A DNA stretch of 44,122 bases from an uncultured bacterium (GTDB lineage: Bacteria > RBG-13-61-14 > CAYWKU01), in the NCBI GenBank assembly GCA_964503115.1, contig CAZDAF010000001.1, forward strand, positions 1 through 44,122. Reading direction: 5' to 3'. The stretch's first letter is position 1. Each line of letters begins with the position of its first letter. The notes under the pieces are model-generated. The model did no database searches. It had not been told where the DNA came from and worked only from the letters and a program-made list of their open reading frames with translations. A program made the translations under genes and the position numbers. Below, one piece after another: positions 25,368 through 34,307 of the stretch.

Positions 25368-28300
25368 CGACCGCGGCGAAAATGGACGGCCCTGAAAAAG
25401 CCGTTTTGATAGTAGGGCCAGGCTACGGGGCGTTAAAAGTGGCCGAGGACCTTGCTCAGTCCGGCATCCCTGTGGTATGGGTGACACGAGCTCCTCACTT
25501 CCTCGAGTTGCCCGGTGGCATCGAGACCCTCGCGGAGTGGCCGGATGACCTTAATTTCCAGTTCAGGCCTCTATATCTCCGCGTGACCCGACATTCCCTG
25601 GTCACTCCCCTCACCCGGGCTCGAATAGAATCCATCGAGCGCATTCAAGACGACTATCGGGCCAATATAGTCCAGGATCCCATGTATGTGGATTACGACC
25701 TTTGCACCGGGTGCGGCCGGTGTATTGAAGTTTGCCCGCTCAACGAGTCCGAACAGCCTCCCCTGACGCGAACCCCCGCCTATTGCCCTTCGCGAGCCCT
25801 CGATCTTGACAAGCGTAAACTAAGCCGGTGTCGGGAGAGTTGCCCGCTGGGAGTTAACGTGCAGGCATATATGGCGCTGACGGCACAGGCGCGTTTTGAT
25901 GAAGCGCTTGCCGTGATAAAGGACGACAATCCTTTGCCCGGCGTTTGCGGCCGGGTTTGCCATCACCCTTGCGAGGAGTCGTGCCGCCGCGCCGAATTGG
26001 ATCAGGCGGTGGCCATACGGGACATCAAGCGTTTTTTGGCCGACCACGAAGCGCGCGGGCGGCAGCCCCGGCTCGATATTCCCGATAGTCCTCGCAGACC
26101 CGAACGTGTGGCGGTGATCGGCTCGGGGCCGGCGGGATTGACCGCCGCGCATTTCCTCAACCGGGCAGGTTTCCCGGTTACGATATTTGAGGCTATGCCT
26201 GAACCGGGGGGAATGCTGCGAGCCGGGATCAATGCATTCCGCCTCCCCAGACCGGTGTTGGATGCGGAAATAAAAGCCATTGTGGACGCTGGAGTCGAGA
26301 TATGCACCGACGTGATGGTAAGTTCCATTGATAACCTTTTTAGTGAAGGATTTCGGGCGGTGCTCCTTTGCACCGGCGCCCATCGCGATCTTCGCCTGAA
26401 TATACCGGGTGAGGATGCCGAGGGAATATTCGGCGCGGTTGAAATGCTAAAAGATTTCAACATTCGACAAAAAGTAAAGATTGGGGAAGACGTCGCCGTT
26501 ATAGGCGGCGGTAATTCCGCCGTGGACACCGCCCGGACCGCTATAAGGTTAGGGGCCCGGACAGTTACCATTTATTACCGCCGAAAGCACGAGGATATGC
26601 CGGCGGAGGAATTTGAAATCACGGCGGCCCAAGAAGAAGGAGTTCAAATCGAGTACTTGACGGCACCGGTTCGCGTGATTGTCGAGGAGGGAAAAGTTAC
26701 GGGACTCGATCTCACGCGCATGCGCCTGGGAGAAATCGACTCAAGCGGGCGCGGTCGACCGGAACCGATAGAAGGTTCGGAGTTCTCAGTAAAGGCGAAC
26801 ACGGTGATTGTCGCCATTAGTCAAGAACCCGACCTGGAGGAGACCGGTTTAGGTGGTGAGTTCGAGAAGGGCCGTGGCGGAAGGGTTATAGTGGATGAGC
26901 GCTGTTCCACATCCCGCAAGGGGGTTTTCGCAGCGGGCGATGTGGTTACCGGCCCTTCTACCGTAATCGGTTCAATGGCCGATGGCCGGATGGCGGCCGG
27001 GCGTGCAATAGAATATCTCACTGGCGAGCCGTCGGCATTCGTCAAGCTGTCGGCTGAGTCCCGTGGAGTCGGGGATTATCTGGATATTTCGGAGGATACC
27101 CCTCGCCAATGGCGCCCTGAGATGGCGCAACGGCAACCGAAAGTACGGTGCCGCGACTTCGAGGAAGTGAGTTTCGGACTCACCGCCGAGCAGGCGGTTG
27201 CCGAAGCACAACGTTGTATTCAATGCGGTTTGTGTTGTGAGTGTCGAGTTTGCGAGACCGCTTGTGCCGAAATAGGGGCAATCGACCACTTTCGGCCCAC
27301 CCGAAGTATTGAGGTTTTAAGCCCCGGCATAGTCGTCGCCGACGCCGATGAGATGCCCCAAAAAAACGATCTCGGAGATGAGCGGATTTACCGGTTAGGC
27401 GACTTCCAGCACACAACAGATCTCATGAATGTGATGGTAGCCGGCAGTGCTGCCGCCGGTCAGGTCATGGCCCATGCGGCGGTGCTTAGGACGGAGGTTG
27501 TTCCCGAGGAACCCAAGCCGCCGGAAATATCTGAGGAGTTGCGACTGGGAGTTTTCGTCTGCACCTGTAACGGAACCATGGCGCCTTCCGGAGCGCTCGA
27601 GCGTATCCGCGAATTGGTCGCCGACGTGCCGGGGGTTGAACACTGCGAGTTAATTTTCTCGGCCTGCCACCCTCGAGGTTCCGACCAGATAGCGCGCGCC
27701 GTGAAGGAACACCGGCTGACACGGGTCATTATGGCCTCATGTATATGCTGTCCGCTCGATTTTCATTGTATATCATGCAACGATCAGAGGACCCGCGCCA
27801 AAAAGCATCTTTTCGACCGGTTGGGCCTTTCAAGAAGCGATTTCGATATGATCAACATCAAGGATCATCTCCATCCCGAAGGAAAATCAGAGGACGAAAT
27901 TGTGGAGCGAGCTCGCTATCTCCTGCGCGGGGCTTTCATACGGGCCCGTTTCCTGGGCCCATTGCGACAGGGAACCACGGAAATCGGGAGTCGTATTCTC
28001 ATTCTGGGCGGATCGGAAGTGGGTATCAGTTGCGCCCTCAACCTGGACAACCAGGGGTTTCGCGTGCGGCTGGTTCATCGCTGCCGAATTAAGGATGGCC
28101 CCGAACCGCCCAAGTCGGTCTTGAAAAGACCGGTTGACCTGACTCAAGGCCGATCCATCACTCACGTCGAGGAGGCCGTGATCGAGGAAATCCGCGGAAA
28201 TGTGGGTGATTTCACGGTAATACTGGGCGAGGAAGGGCCGCAGCACAGATGGAGGGCCGACATCATTTGCCTGACCGACGAGCACTTGCTGCCCCTGGCC

Positions 28301-28735
28301 GTTCACGAGCATATGATGGGTCTTAAGAAGCTTTACCGTTACGACTTCGCTTTCTTCCATACTCCCCAGTTGGGTTTGTACCGGGTGATGCCCAGGACTT
28401 TGAAAAGAGTGACCGCTTTCGAGGCCGGCGCCGCCCTGGCCGCGCAGGTGGCCAGAGCTACGGCAGAGGCATTTATGAAAGATCACGAACTGAGCCCCCG
28501 GGTGGATCCTGAGCTATGCCGCGGATGCGGGCGCTGCGCCGATATATGCCTGTTCGACGCCATTAAGATGGTCGCTGATGCTCAGGGCGTTTTTACAGCT
28601 GAAGTATTGCGCTATAACTGCGTCGGATGCGGAGGATGCGTGGGCCGTTGTCCTGTAACGGCCTTGAATATGCCGTATTTCTCCAACCAGTTGGCAGAAG
28701 AAATAATGGTGGGCACTCTCGCTGGAGAGCGTTGA
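25364..28735 (+). CDS. Giant HdrA-like flavoprotein with an inserted GltD/NfnB-like NAD(P)H module (HdrL-type), 1123 aa
   Basis: The N-terminus has an HdrA-like dinucleotide fold (VLIVGPGYGALKVAEDL) and CTGCGRCIEVCP. About aa 150-550 are GltD-like: CPLGVNVQAY..., GRVCHHPCEESC, VAVIGSGPAGLTAA, VAVIGGGNSAVD and VFAAGDVVTGP. Then come CIQCGLCCECRVC, an HdrA-type segment LGVFVCTCNG...ASCICCP...INIKDH, a second Rossmann-like motif ILILGGSEVG, and a C-terminal 2x[4Fe-4S] pair (CRGCGRCADIC and CVGCGGCVGRCP). Its start overlaps the korC stop (ATGA). Confidence 0.8.
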   Translation: MTTAAKMDGPEKAVLIVGPGYGALKVAEDLAQSGIPVVWVTRAPHFLELPGGIETLAEWPDDLNFQFRPLYLRVTRHSLVTPLTRARIESIERIQDDYRANIVQDPMYVDYDLCTGCGRCIEVCPLNESEQPPLTRTPAYCPSRALDLDKRKLSRCRESCPLGVNVQAYMALTAQARFDEALAVIKDDNPLPGVCGRVCHHPCEESCRRAELDQAVAIRDIKRFLADHEARGRQPRLDIPDSPRRPERVAVIGSGPAGLTAAHFLNRAGFPVTIFEAMPEPGGMLRAGINAFRLPRPVLDAEIKAIVDAGVEICTDVMVSSIDNLFSEGFRAVLLCTGAHRDLRLNIPGEDAEGIFGAVEMLKDFNIRQKVKIGEDVAVIGGGNSAVDTARTAIRLGARTVTIYYRRKHEDMPAEEFEITAAQEEGVQIEYLTAPVRVIVEEGKVTGLDLTRMRLGEIDSSGRGRPEPIEGSEFSVKANTVIVAISQEPDLEETGLGGEFEKGRGGRVIVDERCSTSRKGVFAAGDVVTGPSTVIGSMADGRMAAGRAIEYLTGEPSAFVKLSAESRGVGDYLDISEDTPRQWRPEMAQRQPKVRCRDFEEVSFGLTAEQAVAEAQRCIQCGLCCECRVCETACAEIGAIDHFRPTRSIEVLSPGIVVADADEMPQKNDLGDERIYRLGDFQHTTDLMNVMVAGSAAAGQVMAHAAVLRTEVVPEEPKPPEISEELRLGVFVCTCNGTMAPSGALERIRELVADVPGVEHCELIFSACHPRGSDQIARAVKEHRLTRVIMASCICCPLDFHCISCNDQRTRAKKHLFDRLGLSRSDFDMINIKDHLHPEGKSEDEIVERARYLLRGAFIRARFLGPLRQGTTEIGSRILILGGSEVGISCALNLDNQGFRVRLVHRCRIKDGPEPPKSVLKRPVDLTQGRSITHVEEAVIEEIRGNVGDFTVILGEEGPQHRWRADIICLTDEHLLPLAVHEHMMGLKKLYRYDFAFFHTPQLGLYRVMPRTLKRVTAFEAGAALAAQVARATAEAFMKDHELSPRVDPELCRGCGRCADICLFDAIKMVADAQGVFTAEVLRYNCVGCGGCVGRCPVTALNMPYFSNQLAEEIMVGTLAGER

Positions 28736-28736
28736 C

Positions 28737-29159
28737 ATGGAAAAGATCAATTTACTGGGAATCTGCTGTAACTGGAGTCCTTACGCATGCTACAATGCCG
28801 CGGGAATGGCCAAGATGAAGATGCCGCCGAACTTCCGGCTGATACGTGTGATGTGTATTGGCCGGATTAACCAGGCCATGATCCTGAGGGCCTTCGAGTT
28901 TGGGGCGGACGGTGTGATACTTCTCGAATGCAAAGACGAGGACTGCCGCTACGGGCCCGGGCCGGAAGTCGGTCATGTCAACGTACAGCGGGTGCGGGAG
29001 ATTCTGCGTCTTCTCGGCATCGGTCAGAAGCGGTTGGTGGAGCGCAGCTTTTCCGCACACGAAAAAGAGGAGTTGGTCAAGGCGCTTTGGGATTTTGCCG
29101 AACTCATCGAGTCCATGGGGCCGAACCCGGCCAAACCCCGCCAGGAACGGGTGGTGTAA
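28737..29159 (+). CDS. mvhD: MvhD/FlpD-type hydrogenase iron-sulfur subunit (methyl-viologen-reducing hydrogenase delta-like)
   Basis: The MvhD signature is LLGICCNWSPYACYNAAGMAKMKMPPNFRLIRVMCIGRIN...GADGVILLECKDEDCRY. It starts 1 nt after the hdrL-like stop. Confidence 0.85.
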   Translation: MEKINLLGICCNWSPYACYNAAGMAKMKMPPNFRLIRVMCIGRINQAMILRAFEFGADGVILLECKDEDCRYGPGPEVGHVNVQRVREILRLLGIGQKRLVERSFSAHEKEELVKALWDFAELIESMGPNPAKPRQERVV

Positions 29160-30352
29160 TGCCTCTCGACGATCCCAGGATCGATCGGATAATACGGGAG
29201 TATTCGCTGTACCAGTGTCTCGAGTGCGGCAAGTGTTCGGCATCCTGCCCGCGCCTGCTTGCCGGGAAAGAGTACTCTCCCCGGCTTTTGGCTCACAAGC
29301 TCATCGCCGAACGGGAGGACGAGGCATTTATCGAAAACTCCGTGTGGGAGTGTCTTACTTGCGGCCTTTGCGAGGAGCGTTGCCCTTCGGGGGTCGAGTT
29401 CAGTCGTTTTATTCTCGAGATGCGCGCCTTGCTGGCCGAATCCAAGGGGCTTAAGGGATACCGTGCCCACGATGGGGCCTTGCACTCATGGATGAGGATG
29501 ATGACCTCGCCCGACCTCGAGCAAAACCGCCTGGACTGGGTGGACCCGGAACTTCGGGTGGCGTCTGAAGGCCCCATAGCTTTTTTCACCGGCTGTGCGC
29601 CGTATTTTGACGTGTTTTTTTCCGGTATCGAGGTGGATACTCTCTCCATTGTGCGGGATAGTATAAAGTTGCTCAATTTCCTGGATATCGAACCGGTTCT
29701 TTTAAAGGATGAACGCTGTTGCGGACACGACCTGTTATGGACGGGAGATATCGAGAACTTCGAGATACTTTGCAAACTGAATTACAACGAGTTTAAAGCC
29801 GCAGGCGTCGAAGAACTGGTGGTTTCGTGTCCCGAAGGTTTCCATGTGTTGAGTGAGCACATGCCGAAGGTGATTCCCGGTTTCGACATCAAGGTGACAT
29901 TACTTATCGACTTGCTCGAGCGCGAGATACGTAAAGGCGGTAAGGCTTTCCAGCCGTTTAAGCGAAGAGTTACCTACCAGGATCCGTGCCGTTTGGGACG
30001 CATGTCCGGCAGATACGATGGACCACGGGCGTTGCTTTCGATGGTTCCCGATTTGAAGTTACGTGAGATGGAAAACTCGGGCCGAAGCGCCATATGCTGC
30101 GGCAACAGCGGCTTTATCAATTGCGACGCCTATTCGAAGCGAATACAAGTACAAAGGCTGCGTGAGGCGAAAGCCACCGGCGCGGACCTTCTCGTTACGG
30201 CATGTCCTAAATGCATGATCCACCTGACATGCGCCATGTCGGATCCCAACAAGCGCGGGTCATTGAAAATGGAGATTCGAGATCTTGTGAGCGTACTGGC
30301 CGATCATATCGAATATTCCGAGGGAGAAGAATTTATAAAAGGCAGGAAATAA
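29159..30352 (+). CDS. HdrC/HdrB fusion (HdrD/GlpC-like): 2x[4Fe-4S] domain plus two CCG domains
   Basis: Ferredoxin motifs CLECGKCSASCP and CLTCGLCEERCP. The CCG domains contain ERCCGHD and AICCGNSG...TACPKCMIHL. The ATG overlaps the mvhD stop (TAATG). The track ORF start at 28928 lies inside mvhD and is rejected. Confidence 0.85.
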   Translation: MPLDDPRIDRIIREYSLYQCLECGKCSASCPRLLAGKEYSPRLLAHKLIAEREDEAFIENSVWECLTCGLCEERCPSGVEFSRFILEMRALLAESKGLKGYRAHDGALHSWMRMMTSPDLEQNRLDWVDPELRVASEGPIAFFTGCAPYFDVFFSGIEVDTLSIVRDSIKLLNFLDIEPVLLKDERCCGHDLLWTGDIENFEILCKLNYNEFKAAGVEELVVSCPEGFHVLSEHMPKVIPGFDIKVTLLIDLLEREIRKGGKAFQPFKRRVTYQDPCRLGRMSGRYDGPRALLSMVPDLKLREMENSGRSAICCGNSGFINCDAYSKRIQVQRLREAKATGADLLVTACPKCMIHLTCAMSDPNKRGSLKMEIRDLVSVLADHIEYSEGEEFIKGRK

Positions 30353-30435
30353 GGCCTTTAAAAAACTAAAGGGCAAAGTAAATTTCCGCCCGAGTTTTGT
30401 TTTTAAATTCGCTCTCCTGCGAATTTCTTATTATG

Positions 30436-30444
30436 TGCTATAAT
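30436..30444 (+). promoter_or_regulatory. Candidate extended -10 promoter element (TGcTATAAT) for the small-ORF/glgC operon
   Basis: A perfect TGnTATAAT lies about 75 nt upstream of the ATG at 30518, after a weak hairpin that follows the hdrCB stop. There is no good -35 element. Confidence 0.35.
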
Positions 30445-30517
30445 ATAAGCGGTTGGGAGGACGGCTGTCCGCCTCGTCATAAATATATAAACGGCTTTTC
30501 GACGAAAGGGGATAGAA

Positions 30518-30760
30518 ATGCCGTGCGTTTACTTCCGGCCCGTTACGGACCCTAAGCGCAAGGCTACCACAGGCGTAGTCGGTTATTGCGCGGGTTATTC
30601 CGAGCAAAAATTGCGAATACCCAGCCTGGCGGAATATCAAAAACACTGCTCGACGAACGAACAAACCGGCTGTTCCGTTTTTAATTTCCGCACCAAGCGG
30701 AAATTGCCCGACGTTACGGTTAAAACCGTCCCTGAACCGAAAGTCGAAACAGTTGAATGA
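30518..30760 (+). CDS. Small 80-aa cysteine-containing hypothetical protein
   Basis: AGGGGA lies about 6 nt before the ATG. There are four Cys residues (C3, C24, C44, C52), a basic patch and a Lys/Pro/Val/Glu-rich tail. No family is recognised. Confidence 0.5.
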   Translation: MPCVYFRPVTDPKRKATTGVVGYCAGYSEQKLRIPSLAEYQKHCSTNEQTGCSVFNFRTKRKLPDVTVKTVPEPKVETVE

Positions 30761-30781
30761 CCGAGGAAAACTGGAAATTCG

Positions 30782-32011
30782 ATGAGAATCCTATCCGTTA
30801 TATTGGCCGGAGGTGAAGGGAAGCGCCTGTATCCTCTAACCCGTGACAGGGCGAAGCCTGCCGTACCTTTCGGCGGCAGATACCGGATAGTGGATTTCGT
30901 ACTTTCCAACATGGTCAACTCCGGCTTTATACGCATCAAGGTATTAACTCAATTCAAATCGCATTCACTGAACAATCACATCACCCGTTACTGGTCGTTG
31001 GCGCCAACGCACGACCTTTTCATCGAGCTTGTTCCGGCGCAGATGCGAGTCGGGCCATGGTGGTACAAGGGTAGCGCCGACGCAATATATCAGAGCCTGG
31101 ACATCATCACCGCCGAAAACCCCGACTACGTCTGCGTATTCGGTGCAGACCACGTGTACCGCATGGATTTGAGACAGATGCTCGATTTCCACATGGAGCG
31201 GGAAGCCGAGCTTACCGTTGCGGCGATACCGGTGCCCGCCAAGAAGGCTTTGGGGTTCGGAATAACCGAGGTGGATCGAGAGGGAAGGATGGTCGGTTTC
31301 GAGGAAAAACCCGCCAAACCTAACGAAATACCCAATCGCTCCGGTTGGGCCCTGGCCAGCATGGGCAACTACATTTTCAACACCGATGCGCTGGTCAAGG
31401 AAATAGTGAGAGACGCCGAAGATGAATCAAGCGCTCACGACTTCGGCCGCAACATTATAACCTCGATGTTCGAGCGATATCCGGTATATGTCTACGACTT
31501 CAGTACGAACGTGATACCCGGCGACACCGACCGGGAGCACGGCTATTGGAAGGACGTCGGCGATATCGATACTTACTGGAAGGCTCACATGGACCTGGTC
31601 AGTGTCACTCCGACGTTCAACCTTTACAATTACAAGTGGCCCATCGGGACCGGTTATCTACACTTGCCGCCGGCGAAGTTCGTATTCGCGAACGAGAAGA
31701 AGCGCCGGGTGGGCATAGCTACGGATTCGATGGTCAGCGAAGGTTGCATCATCAGCGGCGGGCACATCAACCGAACCGTACTCGGCCCGAAAGTGCGCAT
31801 AAACAGCTTCGTTCATGTTACGGACAGTGTTCTTATGGAAGATGTGGAAATAGGGAGATACGCTCAGATAAGAAAAGCGGTGATAGATAAACACGCCTAT
31901 ATCGCCCCGGGCGTCAAGATAGGATACGATCTTGAACATGACCGGAAGCGTTTCACCGTAACTCCCGGCGGCGTAGCGGTGATACCGCGCAAGAGCGTGG
32001 TGGAGAAATAA
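30782..32011 (+). CDS. glgC: Glucose-1-phosphate adenylyltransferase
   Basis: Contains [44 protein letters not shown], and a C-terminal left-handed beta-helix region. Confidence 0.9.
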   Translation: MRILSVILAGGEGKRLYPLTRDRAKPAVPFGGRYRIVDFVLSNMVNSGFIRIKVLTQFKSHSLNNHITRYWSLAPTHDLFIELVPAQMRVGPWWYKGSADAIYQSLDIITAENPDYVCVFGADHVYRMDLRQMLDFHMEREAELTVAAIPVPAKKALGFGITEVDREGRMVGFEEKPAKPNEIPNRSGWALASMGNYIFNTDALVKEIVRDAEDESSAHDFGRNIITSMFERYPVYVYDFSTNVIPGDTDREHGYWKDVGDIDTYWKAHMDLVSVTPTFNLYNYKWPIGTGYLHLPPAKFVFANEKKRRVGIATDSMVSEGCIISGGHINRTVLGPKVRINSFVHVTDSVLMEDVEIGRYAQIRKAVIDKHAYIAPGVKIGYDLEHDRKRFTVTPGGVAVIPRKSVVEK

Positions 32012-32063
32012 CTCTGTCGACTTCCTCCGGGCGGCCGGATTTTCGGAGAGGTTATATTCAATT

Positions 32064-34307
32064 ATGAGCAAGTTACGGCTGGTTTTGTTATGGCATATGC
32101 ATCAGCCTTTTTATACGGATCCGTGGTCCGGGGTTATATCCATGCCATGGGTGCGCCTACACGCCTCGAAGTCCTATAACGACATGGCTGTGGCTATCGA
32201 GCGGCGCCCGGTGAAGGTGGTTGTAAACTTTTCGCCCTCCCTCCTCCTTCAACTCCACCGGCTTGCCGGCGGCGCGACCGATATATTTTTTGACATCGCC
32301 GCAAAACCCACGGACGCCTTATCCGAACAGGATCGAGCTTTTATACTTGATAACTTCTTCGCCGCAAATTCCGAAACCATGATAAAACCCCACGCCCGAT
32401 ATCTTGCCCTGTGGGAGAAAAGGCGCAGCGAAGGATGGCATCCCGGAGTGGAGTGCCATGACGACTACACTACCAACGAACTGCGCGATCTTATCGTATG
32501 GTTTCATCTCGCATGGACAGGATGGGCGGCGCGCGAGGAATACAAGGAAATCGAGGAAATCGAGAAGCGCGGGTGGGATTTCTCCGAAGCGGACAAGGAA
32601 ACCGTGCTGAATGTCGGTCTCGATATTGTTCAAAACCTGTTCGGCAGGTGGAAGGCGCTTTCGCAATCCGGCAAGGTCGAACTTACGACAACTCCGTTTG
32701 CGCATCCCATACTGCCGCTCCTGATCGACACCGAAACGGCACGCCGATGCATGCCGGGGACGAAGCTGCCCGAACCTTTCCGATTTCCCGAGGATGCTCG
32801 AGAACATGTCCTTCTGGCGCGTGAGGTGTATCGAGAGGTGTTTGGGATTTATCCGAACGGAATGTGGCCCAGCGAGGGTTCCGTATCGCCGGAGATAATT
32901 CCCATTTTGAAGGAAGCCGGGTTCCAGTGGCTTGCGACCGACGAGGGCATCCTGCAAAGGACGTTTGGCATCGAGCATCTTAACCGGCGGCATTTTCACC
33001 CCTACCTGGCGACGTATCGTGGAGCGGAAGTGTCGGTTTTTTTCCGTGACCGCAACTTAAGCGACCTCGTGGGTTTCGATTACAGCAAGCTTCCCGAAAA
33101 GGATGCCGCCACCGATATGCTCAACCGCCTTCACAATTCGGCCTCCGCAACCGCCGCGTGGGAAGATCCGGCAGTTGTCACAATTGCGCTGGACGGCGAA
33201 AACCCATGGGAACATTACAAGCAAGGTGGGGAGGAGTTCCTCGATACACTATACAGCGGCTTGGCCGAAGCGGCGGACATCGAAACAGTGCTGCCGGCCG
33301 AATGGTTGCGCGATCATCCTCCTCGTAACACCATTGATAACCTATATTCAGGGTCGTGGATAAGATCCGACTACAGCATTTGGATTGGCAATCAGGAGGA
33401 AAACGACGCTTGGAATGCTTTGCTGGCAACCCGGCGGGATTATGAGGATATGATAGATACATTCCCGGATATGCCGGACATTGAGAATACCGGGCTTTTG
33501 GGCTTTTTCGCCGGATTGCCGGCGTATATAGGGCCATCTATGGCAAGATCGGAGCTGTTCGCGGCTGAGGGGAGCGATTGGTTCTGGTGGTTTGGAGATG
33601 ATTTCACTTCCGACAACGACGAGGAATTCGACCGCGTATTCAGGTCGCATCTGACTAATGTTTATCGCTTCCTGGGGCATGCTCCTCCGGAAAAGCTTGC
33701 GGAGCCTATTCTCCAGCCTCATCCCGTCCGGCCGGACTATGAGCCCGTGGGATTCCTTCATCCTACCATCGATGGAAAGGTTACGGAGTATTACGAGTGG
33801 AACGACGGCGGTATGTATACCGTTCGGGCCGTTGGCGGCACTATGTACACCCGGGAGATATACCTCGAGCGGATATATTACGGCTTTGACGCGCACCGAT
33901 GGTTCCTTCGGCTCGACCGCCGCGAAAAGGCATGGAAAGTCGAGGAAGGCGCCGCCGGCGACGATTCGCCCCTGCCCGATTGCGTTATTATCGAAGGGCT
34001 TGTCGGGGAAGAAAAATCCTTTCGCATAGAAGTTCCAGCGCACCCCGCTCCCGTTTTGCCTTGCCGCCTTTATCTGCCCGACAGAGAGCACCCGGAACTG
34101 ATATCACCCCTGGCAAAGGCCGCCGCATACAGCTGCATGGAAATGTTGATTCCATTCAGAGTTCTCGATCTCGAACCCGGAATGGAACTTAAATTCGCAA
34201 TCCTGCTCGAGCGGTTCGGGAGGGAGCTTGATCGGTATCCTTCGGCGGGATTTCTCCGCTTCGAGGTACCCGACGCGGATTTTGAGAGGAGAATGTGGAG
34301 CGCTTAA
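32064..34307 (+). CDS. GH57-family glycoside hydrolase, long (about 750 aa) form of unassigned specificity
   Basis: GH57 region I is LLWHMHQPFY. The nucleophile region is MWPSEGSVS, and the acid/base region is ALDGENPWEH. GSDWFWWFGDD is also present. Confidence 0.85.
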   Translation: MSKLRLVLLWHMHQPFYTDPWSGVISMPWVRLHASKSYNDMAVAIERRPVKVVVNFSPSLLLQLHRLAGGATDIFFDIAAKPTDALSEQDRAFILDNFFAANSETMIKPHARYLALWEKRRSEGWHPGVECHDDYTTNELRDLIVWFHLAWTGWAAREEYKEIEEIEKRGWDFSEADKETVLNVGLDIVQNLFGRWKALSQSGKVELTTTPFAHPILPLLIDTETARRCMPGTKLPEPFRFPEDAREHVLLAREVYREVFGIYPNGMWPSEGSVSPEIIPILKEAGFQWLATDEGILQRTFGIEHLNRRHFHPYLATYRGAEVSVFFRDRNLSDLVGFDYSKLPEKDAATDMLNRLHNSASATAAWEDPAVVTIALDGENPWEHYKQGGEEFLDTLYSGLAEAADIETVLPAEWLRDHPPRNTIDNLYSGSWIRSDYSIWIGNQEENDAWNALLATRRDYEDMIDTFPDMPDIENTGLLGFFAGLPAYIGPSMARSELFAAEGSDWFWWFGDDFTSDNDEEFDRVFRSHLTNVYRFLGHAPPEKLAEPILQPHPVRPDYEPVGFLHPTIDGKVTEYYEWNDGGMYTVRAVGGTMYTREIYLERIYYGFDAHRWFLRLDRREKAWKVEEGAAGDDSPLPDCVIIEGLVGEEKSFRIEVPAHPAPVLPCRLYLPDREHPELISPLAKAAAYSCMEMLIPFRVLDLEPGMELKFAILLERFGRELDRYPSAGFLRFEVPDADFERRMWSA

